The translations under genes were made by a program, and so were the position numbers. Shown here piece after piece: positions 50,985 to 63,050 of a stretch of 64,000 nucleotides of DNA; within the stretch, counting starts at the first letter, position 1, and the number at the start of each line of letters is the position of its first letter. The stretch comes from Mobula hypostoma (lineage: Eukaryota), in contig NC_086108.1 in NCBI RefSeq assembly GCF_963921235.1, positions 26,226,001-26,290,000 on the forward strand, read 5' to 3'. The notes beneath the pieces are model-generated. The model saw nothing but the letters and a program-made list of their open reading frames with translations, did no database searches and was not told the DNA's origin.

Positions 50985-52314
50985 CAATGTTCCCTCTAAT
51001 TTTCAGTAGTCAGTGTGGGCAAAAATCTTATGTTGTGCAAATTTTTTTCCTGTGTCAAAAGTATGTGCACACTGAATGCACACTATTTGACATAAAACTG
51101 CACAGAATAACAACAAAATAACATACATATTTAAGTCACTCAGTTATTTTTTCTCTCTCCTGTCTTTGGCATTTACCCATTCTTTGTAAACTCTATCCAG
51201 ACTAATAGAACTTGCATCCAATTGATAGCTTTCGATTCTCATTAACATATCCAAATGACATTCACCTAAACGGTTTCTCTGCTTGTTTTTGAGTTGATTC
51301 ATCAGGCTAAAACCTTGCTCACAGTCCACACTAGACGCAAGAAGGGTTCCCCCAAAGTCCATCAACTGTGCAAGGTCGCAAAACTGTTCATTTTGAAGTA
51401 CAAATGCCACCATTTGAGCAAAGTTTGAAATCAGTTTGGATTTAATTTTTTCTTGCACGGAAAATATGAACTCATTAAATTGTCTAACTATTACAGTATT
51501 TTTCAGCTAGAAAATCATGATATTTTAGACATGAGGCATTAACTTGTTCATCGCCAAATGTGAAGTCACAATCTGCAATTGCGAAGAAATCAAAAGCTGA
51601 TCATTCTTGTACCTCATCTTCAGGAAACCTGTAACAGATAATGATAGGTTCTGTTGCCTGAGCTTTTGTTCACCGTCCAGATGCGATTTACTTGCCAAAT
51701 GACACTTCAAAAAGTCAAGTTTCCAAATATCATCCCATTTCTTTCCACTGGCAAATTCTCCAGCAACTTTCACATCATGACAATACAAACAGATAACTGC
51801 AGTTTCTGAATCATTCATAAATATTTCTCGTAGCTGAACGTTCATGACCTCATGAGCTTTCAGTGTAGCAATTTCTACTATTTTGTTAAGCCATTCAACT
51901 TTAAACAAATTTGAAGTCCTTTTCTGCTTCACGCCCTTCGCTTCTTTTGAATTCGACATAATGAATCAATTTTTTTTCACTAAAAACTTAGTAAGCTATC
52001 TATAGGATTTGAAACAGATCTTTTTAAACTTTATGATATGAACACTGTTCGCCAAAGATGGCTGCTGCCGTGATGCAGCTGTACAAAACGGAACAGGAAA
52101 GGTGAGGTGACGTAAATTAGTGATGTGCATTGTGGTATTTGAAAAACCAACTAACTAGTTAACAGAAACATTTAGCTGAAATATTATTTTCAATAAGTAT
52201 AATTATTAATTACTACATTATTTTAAGTAACTTTTTGTGCACACATTAATTTCCTTTGTGCGCTGGTTGAAAAAGTATGCGCGCACACATATGCACAGCT
52301 TAGAGGGAACATAG
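50985..52314 (-). mobile_element. Internally deleted hAT transposon (Tip100/ZNF862-like transposase remnants)
   Basis: TIRs C(A/T)ATGTTCCCTCTAA; perfect 8-bp TSD CCCCCCAG at 50977-50984 and 52315-52322; N-terminal zinc finger FKVEWL..CLYC..HLASKSH; dimerisation domain ASSVDCEQGFSLMN..KNKQRNRL. Confidence 0.93.
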
Positions 52315-53039
52315 CCCCCCAGTCCCCTAGTATGGCACATTTGCACAAATTTAAACGTGTTGGTCATGTGTGTGTGTGTGCGTGTGGAATGGAGGAGCAA
52401 GATGGAAGAATGATTGCCAATTATAAAAATGTAATGTCTTGACTGAGCTTCTATTTCATACGAAGAAATCTGCTAGATTAATATTATTATCATTGATCAT
52501 ACATGCTTGAAAATGTAAACTCATAACCATCATCCATATGCATAAAACTTGATTTGCAAAAGAGAAATGCTGTGGATGACTTTTAAAAAAAAGAAAGGTT
52601 ATAATTTTGTGCATGCTGCCACTCTTTTCACTGCTGGGTAGTTTAGATGGTGTGAAAATCTTTCTTTTGTTTTGGAATTAACCTGTCATAGTGTTAATAC
52701 ATACAGGGAATTCATGGTATCTTAAATGTCGTGACATTTCAAAACTCGAATGTCCTGAATTAAACAAACTATTGTTTCAATACCACAGTTAATGTACAGA
52801 GACCAATTGCAATAAAATTTGACATGACTTGAACATGCCACAGACACATTTCTTACATAACCTTCAAATTGTCATGTCATCCATCTTGTATATAGACCAA
52901 TTCACTCTGCTCACTTCCAATATCTCTAAGCTACAGACACATTACAGTCTGCAGATTAGTCTTTGGAGTATTGAGAGCAAGATCTGTGCGAGAGCAGGAA
53001 ACAATGAAAACAGCAAGTCTTGTTTGTGTGTTTCACCTG

Positions 53040-55991
53040 GGCCAATAAAAAGAAGTGAGGGTTAGGCAAAGTGGCCACTGTGAGAAGCCATTGTTGGAGT
53101 GAACAGAGTAAGAGTGGGGAACTGAGGCTTTAGATCAAGAGGCTTCAGCAAACAGAAGTAGAGACCAAGGTTCCAGAGGCTATTTTGTATTAGCCATTGT
53201 GTGAATGGACCAATGGAGAAGTCTGAGATCTGAACCATCGGCCTGAGAGGCTTCAGCAATGAGGAACAGACGAGTAGCAGGTAAGAACAGGTAGAAGTAT
53301 TGCTTATATAGTACAGGAAATTAAATAAAATAGGAATGCTGAATTAGGTTATGTGTTGTATCCGCATGATCAAGGAGCAGTAGACCCTATTGTGTTTCCT
53401 GGTAACCACATCTGCATTAAGTGTTGGTTGCTCAAGGAACTCAGGCTCAAAGCTGATGACCAGAAATCTCAGCCTCGAACACAGTCACATCTAGTAGATT
53501 AATAACTTCAAATCTGGTCTCTGGCCAGGGACAAGAGTGCGCGATTGTGAGTGAAGCAAGTAGAGGGATCCAAGAGGTTCTGCAGCAGGACCCTCAACCC
53601 TTGAGCTTGCTCATCACTTCTGAGATTGTTGCTCCTTGTGAGGATGAGGATGAGAGTAGGGGTTGTCGGAAGGATGGGCAACTGAACTCTAACACCAAGG
53701 TTCATGGAGCCACTCAACAGATATGTATTTGTAACTGGAGATCATATAGACATAATTCTCTGTCACAAGGAATGGAAATTCCAAAGGCTCTCTTGTCTGC
53801 TGGTGCCTGGGTTTGTGGCATCTCATCTGACCTGCAAAGAAATTTGGAAAGGGAGTGGAAAGATCCAGTTGACATGGTCCATGTGGATTCCAACAACATA
53901 GGGAATAGAGGTTCTGTTGAGGGTATAGAGCAGCTAGGAACTAAATTAAAACACAGAACCAAAAAGTGAGAGAAGAGCTGGCCAAAGTTGATTGGAAGGG
54001 GAAGCTAGCAGGAATAACGGTAGAGCTGCAGTGGCTGGACTTTCTGGGAGTAATTCAAAAGATACAAGATCAGTTCATACCAAAGAGTATGCATTCTAAA
54101 TGAAGGATAAGCGAATCATGCCTAACAAAAGGAAATCATAGACAGCATAAAAGCAAAAGAGAGGGCATAGATGATAGCAAAAATTAGAGGGAAGTTAGAG
54201 GATTGAGAAGCTTTTAAAAACCAACAGAAGGCAAATAAAAAAGCCATAGTGTGAGAAAAGATAAAATATGAAGGTAAGCTAGCTAATAATATTAAAGGGG
54301 ATACCAACATTTTCTTTCAGATACATAAAAAGGAGAGGCAAAAACGGATATTGGACGGCTGGAAAATGACCACTGCAATGGTAGTAACAGGGAGCAATGA
54401 AATGGCAGATGAACTGAACAAGTATTTTGCATCAATCTACGCTGCGGAAGATAGCAGCAGCATGACGGAAATTTGAGAGTGTCAGGGAGAGAAGTGAGGG
54501 TAACTGCTATTATTAAGAAGGTGCTTAGGAAGCTGAAATGTCTGAAGGTAGATAAGTCACCTGGAACAGTGGACTACATCTCATGATTCTGAAAGAGGTA
54601 GTAGAGGAGATCTCTAGTAGTGATCTTTTAAGAATCGTTAGATTATAGAATGGTTCTGAAGGACAGAATATAGCAAAAATTACCACTCATTAAGAAAGGG
54701 GGAGGTATAAAGACAGGAAATTATAGGCCATTTAGTCTGACTTCAGTGGTTGGCAAGAAGTTAGAGTCCATTATTAGTGATCAGGGTTTGGGGTACTTGA
54801 AGGCACATGATAAACTAAACCAAAGTCAGCATTGTTTCCTTAAAGGGAAATCTGGCTTGACAAATATATTGGAACTTGCAGGAAATAATAGACAGAACAG
54901 ACATAGGAGAGTCAGAATATGTTGTTTACTTGGATTTTCAGAAGGTCTTTAACAAAGGGCCATACATGAGGCTACAAGATAAGAGACCATGATATTTCAG
55001 GAAAGATACTACCAAGGACAGAAGATTAGCTGACTGACTCAAGGCAAAGAGTGAGAATAAAGGGGGTCTTTTCTGGTTGGCTGCTTGTGATTAGTGGTGT
55101 TCTGCGGGGGCTGGTGTTATTTTTCATGTCATATGTTAATTATCTGGATGACAGAATTGATGGCTTTGTGACAATTTAGTAGTTGGTACAGGAACTGCTG
55201 AGGAAGCAGGGAGTCTGAAGAAGGACGGACTGATTAGGGTAATGAGCAAAGAGGTTTCTATTTCCTAAACGGGAAGCAAATTCAGAAGTCAGAGGTATAA
55301 GTAGACTTTGGAGCCCTAGTGCAGGATTCCCTAAAGATTAACTTGCAGGTTGAGTTGCTAGTAAGGGAAGGAAATGTGAAGTTAGCACTTAATTCAAGAG
55401 AACAAGAATATAAAACAAGGATGTAAAGCCAAGACTTTATAAGTCATTGGTCAGACCACATTTGCAGTATTATGAGCAGCATTGGGAACCACATCTATAA
55501 AGAAATGATGGGCTGACATTGAAGATGATCCAGTTGAGGTTTAAGCAAATAGACCCAGGAATGAAGGAGTTAATATGTAAGAATCATTAGATGGCTCTGG
55601 GCCTGTACTCACTGGCATGATGGCATGAATGATGGAGTATCTTACTGAAGCCTACTGAATTTTGAAAGACCTGGATAGAGTGGATATGGCAAGGATGTTT
55701 CCATTAGTGGGAGAGTTTAGGATATGATGACACAACCTCAGAATACGACATTCCTTTAGAATAGAGATGAGGAGGAATTTATTTAGCCAAAGAGTGGTGA
55801 ATCTGTGGAATTCATTGCCACATGTAGCTGTGGAATTCATGTCACTGGGTATATTTAAAATGGAGGTTGATAGGTTCTTGATTAGTAATATTGTTAATGG
55901 GGTTGAGAGAGAAAATAAAACAACCCTGACTGAGTAGTAGAGGAGATTTGATAGATCGAATGGCCTAATTTTGCTGCTAGGTTTTATGGTC
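53040..55991 (+). mobile_element. Degenerate CR1 with ORF1 remnant and most of the APE region missing
   Basis: HICIKCWLLKELRLK; DPVDMVHVDSNNIG esterase remnant; VGKKLESII...QSQHCFLKGKSGLTNIL; TTTTATGGTC tail. Confidence 0.85.
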
Positions 55992-57829
55992 CAACATCAA
56001 TATCTATTCAACTCTTTGGTCATGAAGTCTACAACTAACAGGTCTCATTTTCAATCTCAACCTGCTGTACACCACCACACAGCATTTACCATCGCAAGTT
56101 TCTTCATGTATTTGTTATAATTCTATCTGTTGCCTCCCTACCACCCTAGAGCTTTGAAATAATTTGTGTCCCACTTGTTTAGCACAAGGCTCATTCGCAT
56201 CCTGTCTATGCAATTCAAAACTAATGAGGACCAGCAGACTAGTGCAGGTGTGGTTTCTTGCTAGCTGATAGAGTAACAGGCCAGGGACTGACAAAGAAAA
56301 TGTGATTGCACTAAAACTACTACTAGCATGTGAAGAGCTTGCAAGTACCACTGAAGAACATGAATGCATTTTAAATCTGTTCAATCATAAATGTCTGATA
56401 CAAAATAGAACTTGCAATGGTTTACTGAATTATGCAGTAATGAAATCTAATTCACATTTGTTAATGAAGGTAATTTAAAAATGGGAAGACCCTCAAGCTA
56501 TATTTGATGCTCCTATTAATGCTACCTACTCTTTTGTTTCAATGTCTCCATTTTATTTATAGAATTGTAGAATTCCAACATCACAGAAGGAAGCTATTGA
56601 TCAATGTAGATCTCATCCCACCACACTTTACCCAGAATCCTACAAATTATTCTTTCTCATGTATAACTCACTCCTTTTGTTAGTCAATAAAAAAACTGCA
56701 GATAGGAGTGTGTGCTGTGTTTGTTCTTCAATCCATCGATATTATTCTTTCTGTTTAGAAAAGTGACAGATTGCAGAAAATGCTTAGGAAACTTTAGTCC
56801 TTGTGGCCTTTGTAAATTTTGAAATGTTGCCCTGCTCTTCGTGTCAAAGTAATTTACTGACTCTTCCAGAAACAACTTCCTGTTTTGTTCCTTAAAACCA
56901 TTTCATGATCCACACTGAAATTGGCCCTTTAGTGACCTCAAATTTGCAAATGGTCCAGACATGCTTGTACAACTTGTGAAATGATTAAAGTTATGGGATT
57001 CTATTAAGCACCCTCTGGAAATTCACATGGATGACATCTGCTGCATTAACCTTCATTTACTCATAAATAAACATCCATTCAAGTGGGTCAAGTACGTTTG
57101 GTCTATAAAAAATTCCATACTCCTTGATAAACTAATATTTTCCTTGATTATCATTTCTGAAAATGTTTGGCCCAAAAACTTAAAATCTAAGAAAAAAACC
57201 TTGTGCATATAAGGATTGTACTTGGTATGGGAATGCCCAGTTTTTTAATATTATAGCAAGATTGAGAGAAAAAGTTCAGCATTTGGAGTTTGGGGTGAGA
57301 CAGACTAAAATAAAAAGACTTTCTAGCTAATAATACAAACTGCGTACACCAGAGTGTTTCTACATTTTGTTGAAGAACATTGGTGTGATAATAACTCAAA
57401 CACGAGGAAATCTGCAAATGCTGGAATTTCAAGCAACACACATAAAAGTTGCTGGTGAATGTAGCAGTCCAGGCAGCGTCTCTAGGAAGAGGTACAGTCA
57501 ACGTTTCGGGCCAAGACCCTTCGTGAGGACTAACTGAAAGAATAGCCAGTAAGAGATTTGAAAGTGGAAGAGGGAGGGGGAGATCCGACATGATAGGAGA
57601 AGACAGGAGGGGGAGGGATGGAGCCAAGAGCTGGACAGTTGATAGGCAAAAGGGATATGAGAGGATCATGGGACAGGAGGCCCAGGGTGAAAGAAAAAGG
57701 GGAGGGGGGAAAACCCAGAGGATGGGCAAGGGGTATAGTCAGAGGGACAGTGGGAGAAAAAGGAGAGAGAGAGAAAGAATGTGTATATATAAATAAATAA
57801 TGGATGGGGTATGAGGGGGAGGTGGGGCA

Positions 57830-58156
57830 TTAGCGGAAGTTTGAAAAGTCAGTGTTCATGCCATCAGGTTGGAGGCTACCCAGACGGAATATAAGGTGTT
57901 GTTCCTCCAACCTGAGTGTGGCTTCATCTTTACAGTAGAGAAGGCCGTGGGTAGACATATCAGAATGGGAATGGGACGTGGAATTAAAATGTGTGGCCAC
58001 TGGGAGATCCTGCTTTCTCTGGCGGACAGAGCATAGGTGTTCAGTGAAACGATCTCCCAGCCTGCGTCGGGTCTTGCCAATATATAGAAGGTCACATTGG
58101 GAGCACCGGATGCAGTATTTCACCCCAGCCGACTCACAGGTGAAGTGTTGCCTCAC
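57830..58156 (-). pseudogene. PLE GIY-YIG endonuclease domain (C-terminal fragment of the polyprotein)
   Basis: FTCESAGVKYCIRCSQCDLLYIGKTRRRLGDRFTEH...PVATHF...RLEEQHLIFRLGSLQPDGMN. Confidence 0.92.
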
Positions 58157-58487
58157 TTGGAAGGACTGTCTGGGGCCCTGAATGGTGGTGAGGGAGGAAG
58201 TGTAAGGGCATGTGTAGCACTTGTTCTGCTTACAAGGATAAGTGCCAGGAGGGAGATCAGTGGGGAGGGATGGTGGGGACGAATGGACAAGGAAGTCATG
58301 TAGGGAGCGATCCCCGCGGAAAGCGGGGGGGGGGGGTGGTAGGGAAAGATGTGCTCCTGTCCCATGATCCTCTCATATCCCCTTTTCCAATCAACTGTCC
58401 AGCTCTTGGCTCCATCCCTCCCCCTCCTGTCTTCTCCTATCATTTTGGATCTCCCCCTCCCACTTTCATATCTCTCACTAGCTCTTT

Positions 58488-58529
58488 CAGTTAGTCCTGA
58501 TGAAGGGTCTCGGCCCGAAACGTCAACTG
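58488..58529 (+). ncRNA. Minimal hammerhead ribozyme-like motif in the inverted repeat arm
   Basis: AGTC-CTGATGA(58497-58503)-A-GGG TCTCGG CCC-GAAA(58517-58520)-C-GTC-AACTG. Confidence 0.7.
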
Positions 58530-58850
58530 TACCTCTTCCTAGAGATGGTGCCTGACCTGCTGCATTCACCAGCAACTCTTATGTGTGTTGGTGTGATGAT
58601 TAGACTATTATAAGTCAAGAAACAGGAGTTAAAGGATCATAAAGGTTGAGATTTCTGAAAAGAGAAGGTTAAGGAAAGTAGGGAAACTTACAGCTCTGTG
58701 AGTCAATGGAAGTGGTTAGAAGAAAGATGCAACTTTGATAGATAGTTGCAACTTTGATAGAATGACAAGGTAGGGAAGGACATGAGTGTGGTTTGTGCGA
58801 TCTCCAGAAGTGGAAAAATAATTAGATAAAATGTTGACATGGATGGACAT

Positions 58851-59145
58851 AAAAGGCATCCATTAGTCTTGTGAGACCATGGATCTGCGCCTGGAAAGTC
58901 TTCACTCTCCAGGCACAAACCTGGGCAAGGTTGTATGGAAGACCAGCAGTTGCCCATGCTGTAAGTCTCCCCTCTCCGTGACACCAATGTGGTCCAAGGG
59001 AAGGGCATTAGGACCCATACAGCTTGGCAGAGCAATGTGTGATTAAGTGCCTTGCTCAAGGACACAACACGTTGCCTCGGCTGGGGCTCAAACTCATGAC
59101 CTTCAGGTCGCTAGTCCAATGCCTTAACCACTTGGCCACGTGCCC
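58851..59145 (-). mobile_element. tRNA-derived SINE with CORE-like block and probable RTE-type tail
   Basis: Reverse complement GGGCACGTGGCCAAGTGGTTAAGG...GAGTTTGAGCC...TGTGTCCTTGAGCAAGGCACTTAATC...GATCCATGGTCTCACAAGACTAATGGATGCC. Confidence 0.8.
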
Positions 59146-59189
59146 AAGACAGGAAGAAGAGTTAATCAAGACAGGAAAAAGAGTTACTG

Positions 59190-60575
59190 AACACTCAGAG
59201 CAATTTTGGGCCCATGTACCTGAGGAAGGATTTTCTGACCTTGGAGAAAGTCTAGAAGAGGTTCACAAGAATGATCCCAGGTTTAATGCATGAAGAGCAT
59301 TTGATGGCTCTGGGCCTGTGCTCAACGGAGTTCTTAAGATTGAGGGAGGATCTCACAGAAACCTATTCGATGCTGAAAGACCTTGAGGAAAGAGTGGAGG
59401 TGGAGGACCTTTCTGTTAGTCGGACCATCTAAGATCCAAGGGCACAATCTCAGGATAAAAGGTCATCCCTTTAAAACTGAGATGAAGAGGGGTTTATTTA
59501 GCCAGAGAGTGATGAACCTGTGGAATTCATTGCCATGGAGGTCTGCATAGGTCAAGTTATAGGGTGTATTTCAGGCAGAGGTTGAGAGTTTCTTGATTGA
59601 TAAGAGGGTTAAAGGTCACATAGAGTAGGGAGCCAATGGCTTCAGTAAATTCCGCAGACCCCGGCAACTTCTTCTAGTGTTCATCCATGAAACAACATAC
59701 TTTTCTTCTCTTATGACTTTCTTTTCTTTTCAAGGTGGTTGTGATCTACAGTTCAAATTACAGCTCTTCGGAAGCAGTGGGTTTTCAGACCGACTTGCGC
59801 CTTGCTATCTCAAGGAACAGCCTGGAAGATGTACACCCTTGGGGCTGGGAGGTCAGAAGTCAGGGAGGAACAACCCAATTCCTCGCCAATTTTGCCAGCT
59901 GAAGCACCATGGGAGACTGAAACATCGAGATTCGAACACCGAGACAGCGAGTGCTGTGTCTCGCTGGCTGCTTTCGAAGGAAAGCCCCTGTACTCAAGTG
60001 ATTCCTCTCTCTCTTTTGATGGAGAGTGACAGCTTGTCGGTCCTCAAGATGGGGGGGGGGAGGGGGCGGAGGGCTTGGAGAAACGACGTGGAGGATTGTA
60101 ACATCAGAATAGTGAGTTGCTGGTCTCTGCTTGCATTGTTCCAGGAGCGACCTTTCTCTCCCTTGCTGGGAGAGAGAGCCTTTCTGGGATACCAAAGTGC
60201 TGGCTTGTGGACCGTAGCTTTGATGGACTCTGGATCAAGGACTCTTTGGTGTTTCTGCTGTTGCCTGCATGGTGTGGGGGTGGAAGTTGGTGCTTCTGCT
60301 GGTGTGGGTGGGGGTGGGGGGGGTTGATGCTTTTGGTGCTGTTTATGCAAAGGAAGGGGAGGGGGGTTTAGGGTCTTCAATATTTTTATTATACAGTCAA
60401 TGGGATTCCTTTGTTTCATGGATATCTGTGAAGAGGACAGATATCAGGTTGTATACCATATACATGCACTGATATTAAATGTATGTATGAACCTTTGAGG
60501 AGAATTGGGTTAAAAATAATCAGGCACGGCAGTCTCAAGTGGCTGAATGGGCTGATTCTGCTCGCATATCTTATA
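59190..60575 (+). mobile_element. CR1 3' fragment, interrupted at about 59634-60497
   Basis: TTTAGCCAGAGAGTGATGAACCTGTGGAATTCATTGCC; 3' UTR resumes GGAGAATTGGGTT...CTGAATGGGCTGATTCTGCTC. Confidence 0.75.
59634..60497 (+). repeat. Non-coding retroposon nested in CR1
   Basis: CR1 sequence continues on both sides; ends ATATTAAATGTATGTATGAACCTTTGA; 3' part resembles 42500-42622. Confidence 0.6.
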
Positions 60576-61339
60576 AGTAAAGAAGATCAGAAGATAAACT
60601 TTAATGCAGATTATGTTAAATCAATTTGCCATTAAGAATGTAATGGAACTATATTGTGTAAAGTTATTTTGCATCAGACGTTTGTCACAGACAACTGCAG
60701 ATCACTGTATGGAACTTTAGGTTTTGGTGTATCTGTCTCATAAATGGGACTGATAAACCATCTTTCAGCTTCACAGACATTTTGGAAGGAAAATCTTTAA
60801 CTCTGTGTTAGCAAACTATTTCACATACTAAGCACTTTCCGACTAAATGCTAAGTACAGTGACTGTTGTGGAGGGGGGAGCAACCCAAAATGGTTTTTGA
60901 AGGCTTAACTCAATGTCTAATGTCTATTATAAGAGTGAGAAATCCTAGGCTTAAAAGAAGCAGATAGTGCAAAGGAAATTCAAATTCAGGAAGCAGGAGA
61001 GATAATTTGTATTGGTTGAGTCACCACTGCATTGGTATAAAAAACCCTAACACTCTGCACCACTGGGCAGGCAGGCTTCTTGTCCAATATCTACCTTAGG
61101 ATCATTTGCATGTCTTTCACTTAATTACTGGAAAAATCAAAATTGTTGTCTTTAGGCTTTGCCTCAGGCTCCTTAATTGCATCCACTCTCCAGATGTCGT
61201 CTCAGACTACTTGCACAGACAGTGTCTAATTATGAGAAAGTAGGGTTGACAACTGTTCAAAATCTGAATTGTTCACGTTTTCATACACTGTTCTGAATTA
61301 CACTGCTAATGGCATCACCCTAGCAGTGTTGATTTGCAG

Positions 61340-61980
61340 TAGGATCAGAGAGTCCCAGTCCATATCTTCCTCAAACTGGCTGCACAAGTTGATACAGTCA
61401 TAAAGAAGGTGTATGGCATGTTTGCATTTATAGTTAAGACAATGAGTTCAAGAGTCAGGACATTATGTTGCAGCTTCACACAAATCTAGTTCGAGGTGCA
61501 TCTAGACTATTGCATTCAGTTCTGCTTGCTCCATTATAGGAAGATTGTGGAGGCTTTGGAGATGGTGTAGAAAAATTTTACCAGGATGCTGCCTGGATGA
61601 GAGGGCTTGTGCTGTAAGGACAAATGTGGGTTGTTTCTCCTGGAGTGGCTGAGGCTGAGGTTTATAGGATTATGAGAGGCATAGATAGGGCCAAATATCT
61701 CATACTAGAAGGCATGTGTTTAAAGTAAGAAGGGGTAAACTCAAATTTATTTACATAGGTACCGGGAAACCATGCTCCCAGAGGTTGTGATGGAGGCAAA
61801 TATAATAGAGATTTTTAGGAGGCTCTTAGATAGGAACATGAGTATACACAGAATGGAGGGCATAGACACTGTGCAGGCTGAAGGAATTCATTTAGTTAGG
61901 CATTTATCCCGAGTTTCAATAGTATGGTACAACATCAAGGGCTGAGTGGCTGTTTCTGAGCTGTACTGTTCTATGTTCTA
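61340..61980 (+). mobile_element. Degenerate CR1 3' fragment
   Basis: Encodes VIKKVYGMFAF and HLDYCIQFCLLHYRK; TGTTCTATGTTCTA tail. Confidence 0.8.
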
Positions 61981-62751
61981 ATACACAAACTGTGTCTGGG
62001 AGCCAGAAGCAACAGCGTAAGCAGAACAATCAGGAAGAGCGGCCGCCAGCCGGCCTCGCTGACTCAGTTAGTGAGCGTGAAAGTCTCCTCAGTACTCCCA
62101 GCTCTAGTTGGCTTGACTCAGCCCCCCGATTGTTGCAGCTGCTGAGGGGAATTTGCATGTGGTGTGGGGGGATCTATTGGACAGACTTTGCAGGGACTGA
62201 TGGGGAGCGGTGGTAGAAGGCACATGAAAATGCCCCATTCCCGCTCAGCAGAATTTTTATTGATATTGGTCCTGGTTTATCTTTGTGTTTATTGAGATAT
62301 GTGAAAACTTTGTTTGTATGCCATCATGCCATGCAGAAGTACATCAAGAGAATAAAAAGGAAACAGAATACAGAACACAGAATAGGAAAGATGCCTGCAG
62401 CCCCACAACAGCGAGCAAATCCATTCCCATCCATCCCACTAGTGACCCAAATGCTCCTTTGCATGTGCGGGGTGCCCATAAATCAAGTGTTCATAATCAG
62501 GGAGGACTTGGCATGGTTAGTAAGCCTAAGTGTGTTTTTTTTCCCCTTGTGCACTAACTGCCGTAACATAAACTATTTCTGATTAGCCCTGGCCCTTTCA
62601 TTGTTAAAATGCCCATTCATACATTGTTATCCACAAGATATACTCATCCAGAGTTCTTCTGCTCTTAACAAACCTCTGGATATTGAGAACTTCTCCACCC
62701 ACATGTTACTTCTCTTCTTGTTGACTTGCATTGGTACCTCAGTCTCCGACA

Positions 62752-63050
62752 CAGTAGGGCAGCACTGTAGCACAATTAGTGGAGCCATGGTCTTCTAGTT
62801 CCATCCTGATTTTGGCACAGTCTACGTGGAGGGCGCATGCATTTCACATCCCCGTTTCACAAGCATTTCCCTCTAGTTGCTTTAGTTTCCAGCCTATGGA
62901 TGTGCGCAGGTCTGTAGGTTAAATGGTTACTGTAAATTGAATGGCAGTAATTGTGGGAAGCTTACAGGACAGTTAGTGGAAGAGTTTGTTTGGAAATGGG
63001 ATTACCCTGTGAGCTGCTATAGACTCAATGGGCCTTCTATGTCATTAGAA
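62752..63050 (+). mobile_element. Degenerate V-SINE-like element
   Basis: TTTCCCTCTAGTTGCTTTAGTTTCC...GTAGGTTAAATGGTTACTGTAAATTG. Confidence 0.5.

Larger units (their letters stand above)
57398..58587 (-). mobile_element. 5'-truncated Penelope-like element: GIY-YIG domain, terminal repeat and inverted partial repeat
   Basis: GIY-YIG ORF; 58354-58587 is an inverted copy of about 57435-57680; TSD TTGGTGTGAT at 57380-57389 and 58588-58597. Confidence 0.92.

Noticed and set aside
59677..60327. 216-aa ORF
   Set aside because: Low complexity, no domain motif, starts at GTG and lies inside a repeat nested in CR1.
1731..61980. LINE orientation bias as evidence for host gene strand
   Set aside because: Both orientations are well represented and counts are too small.
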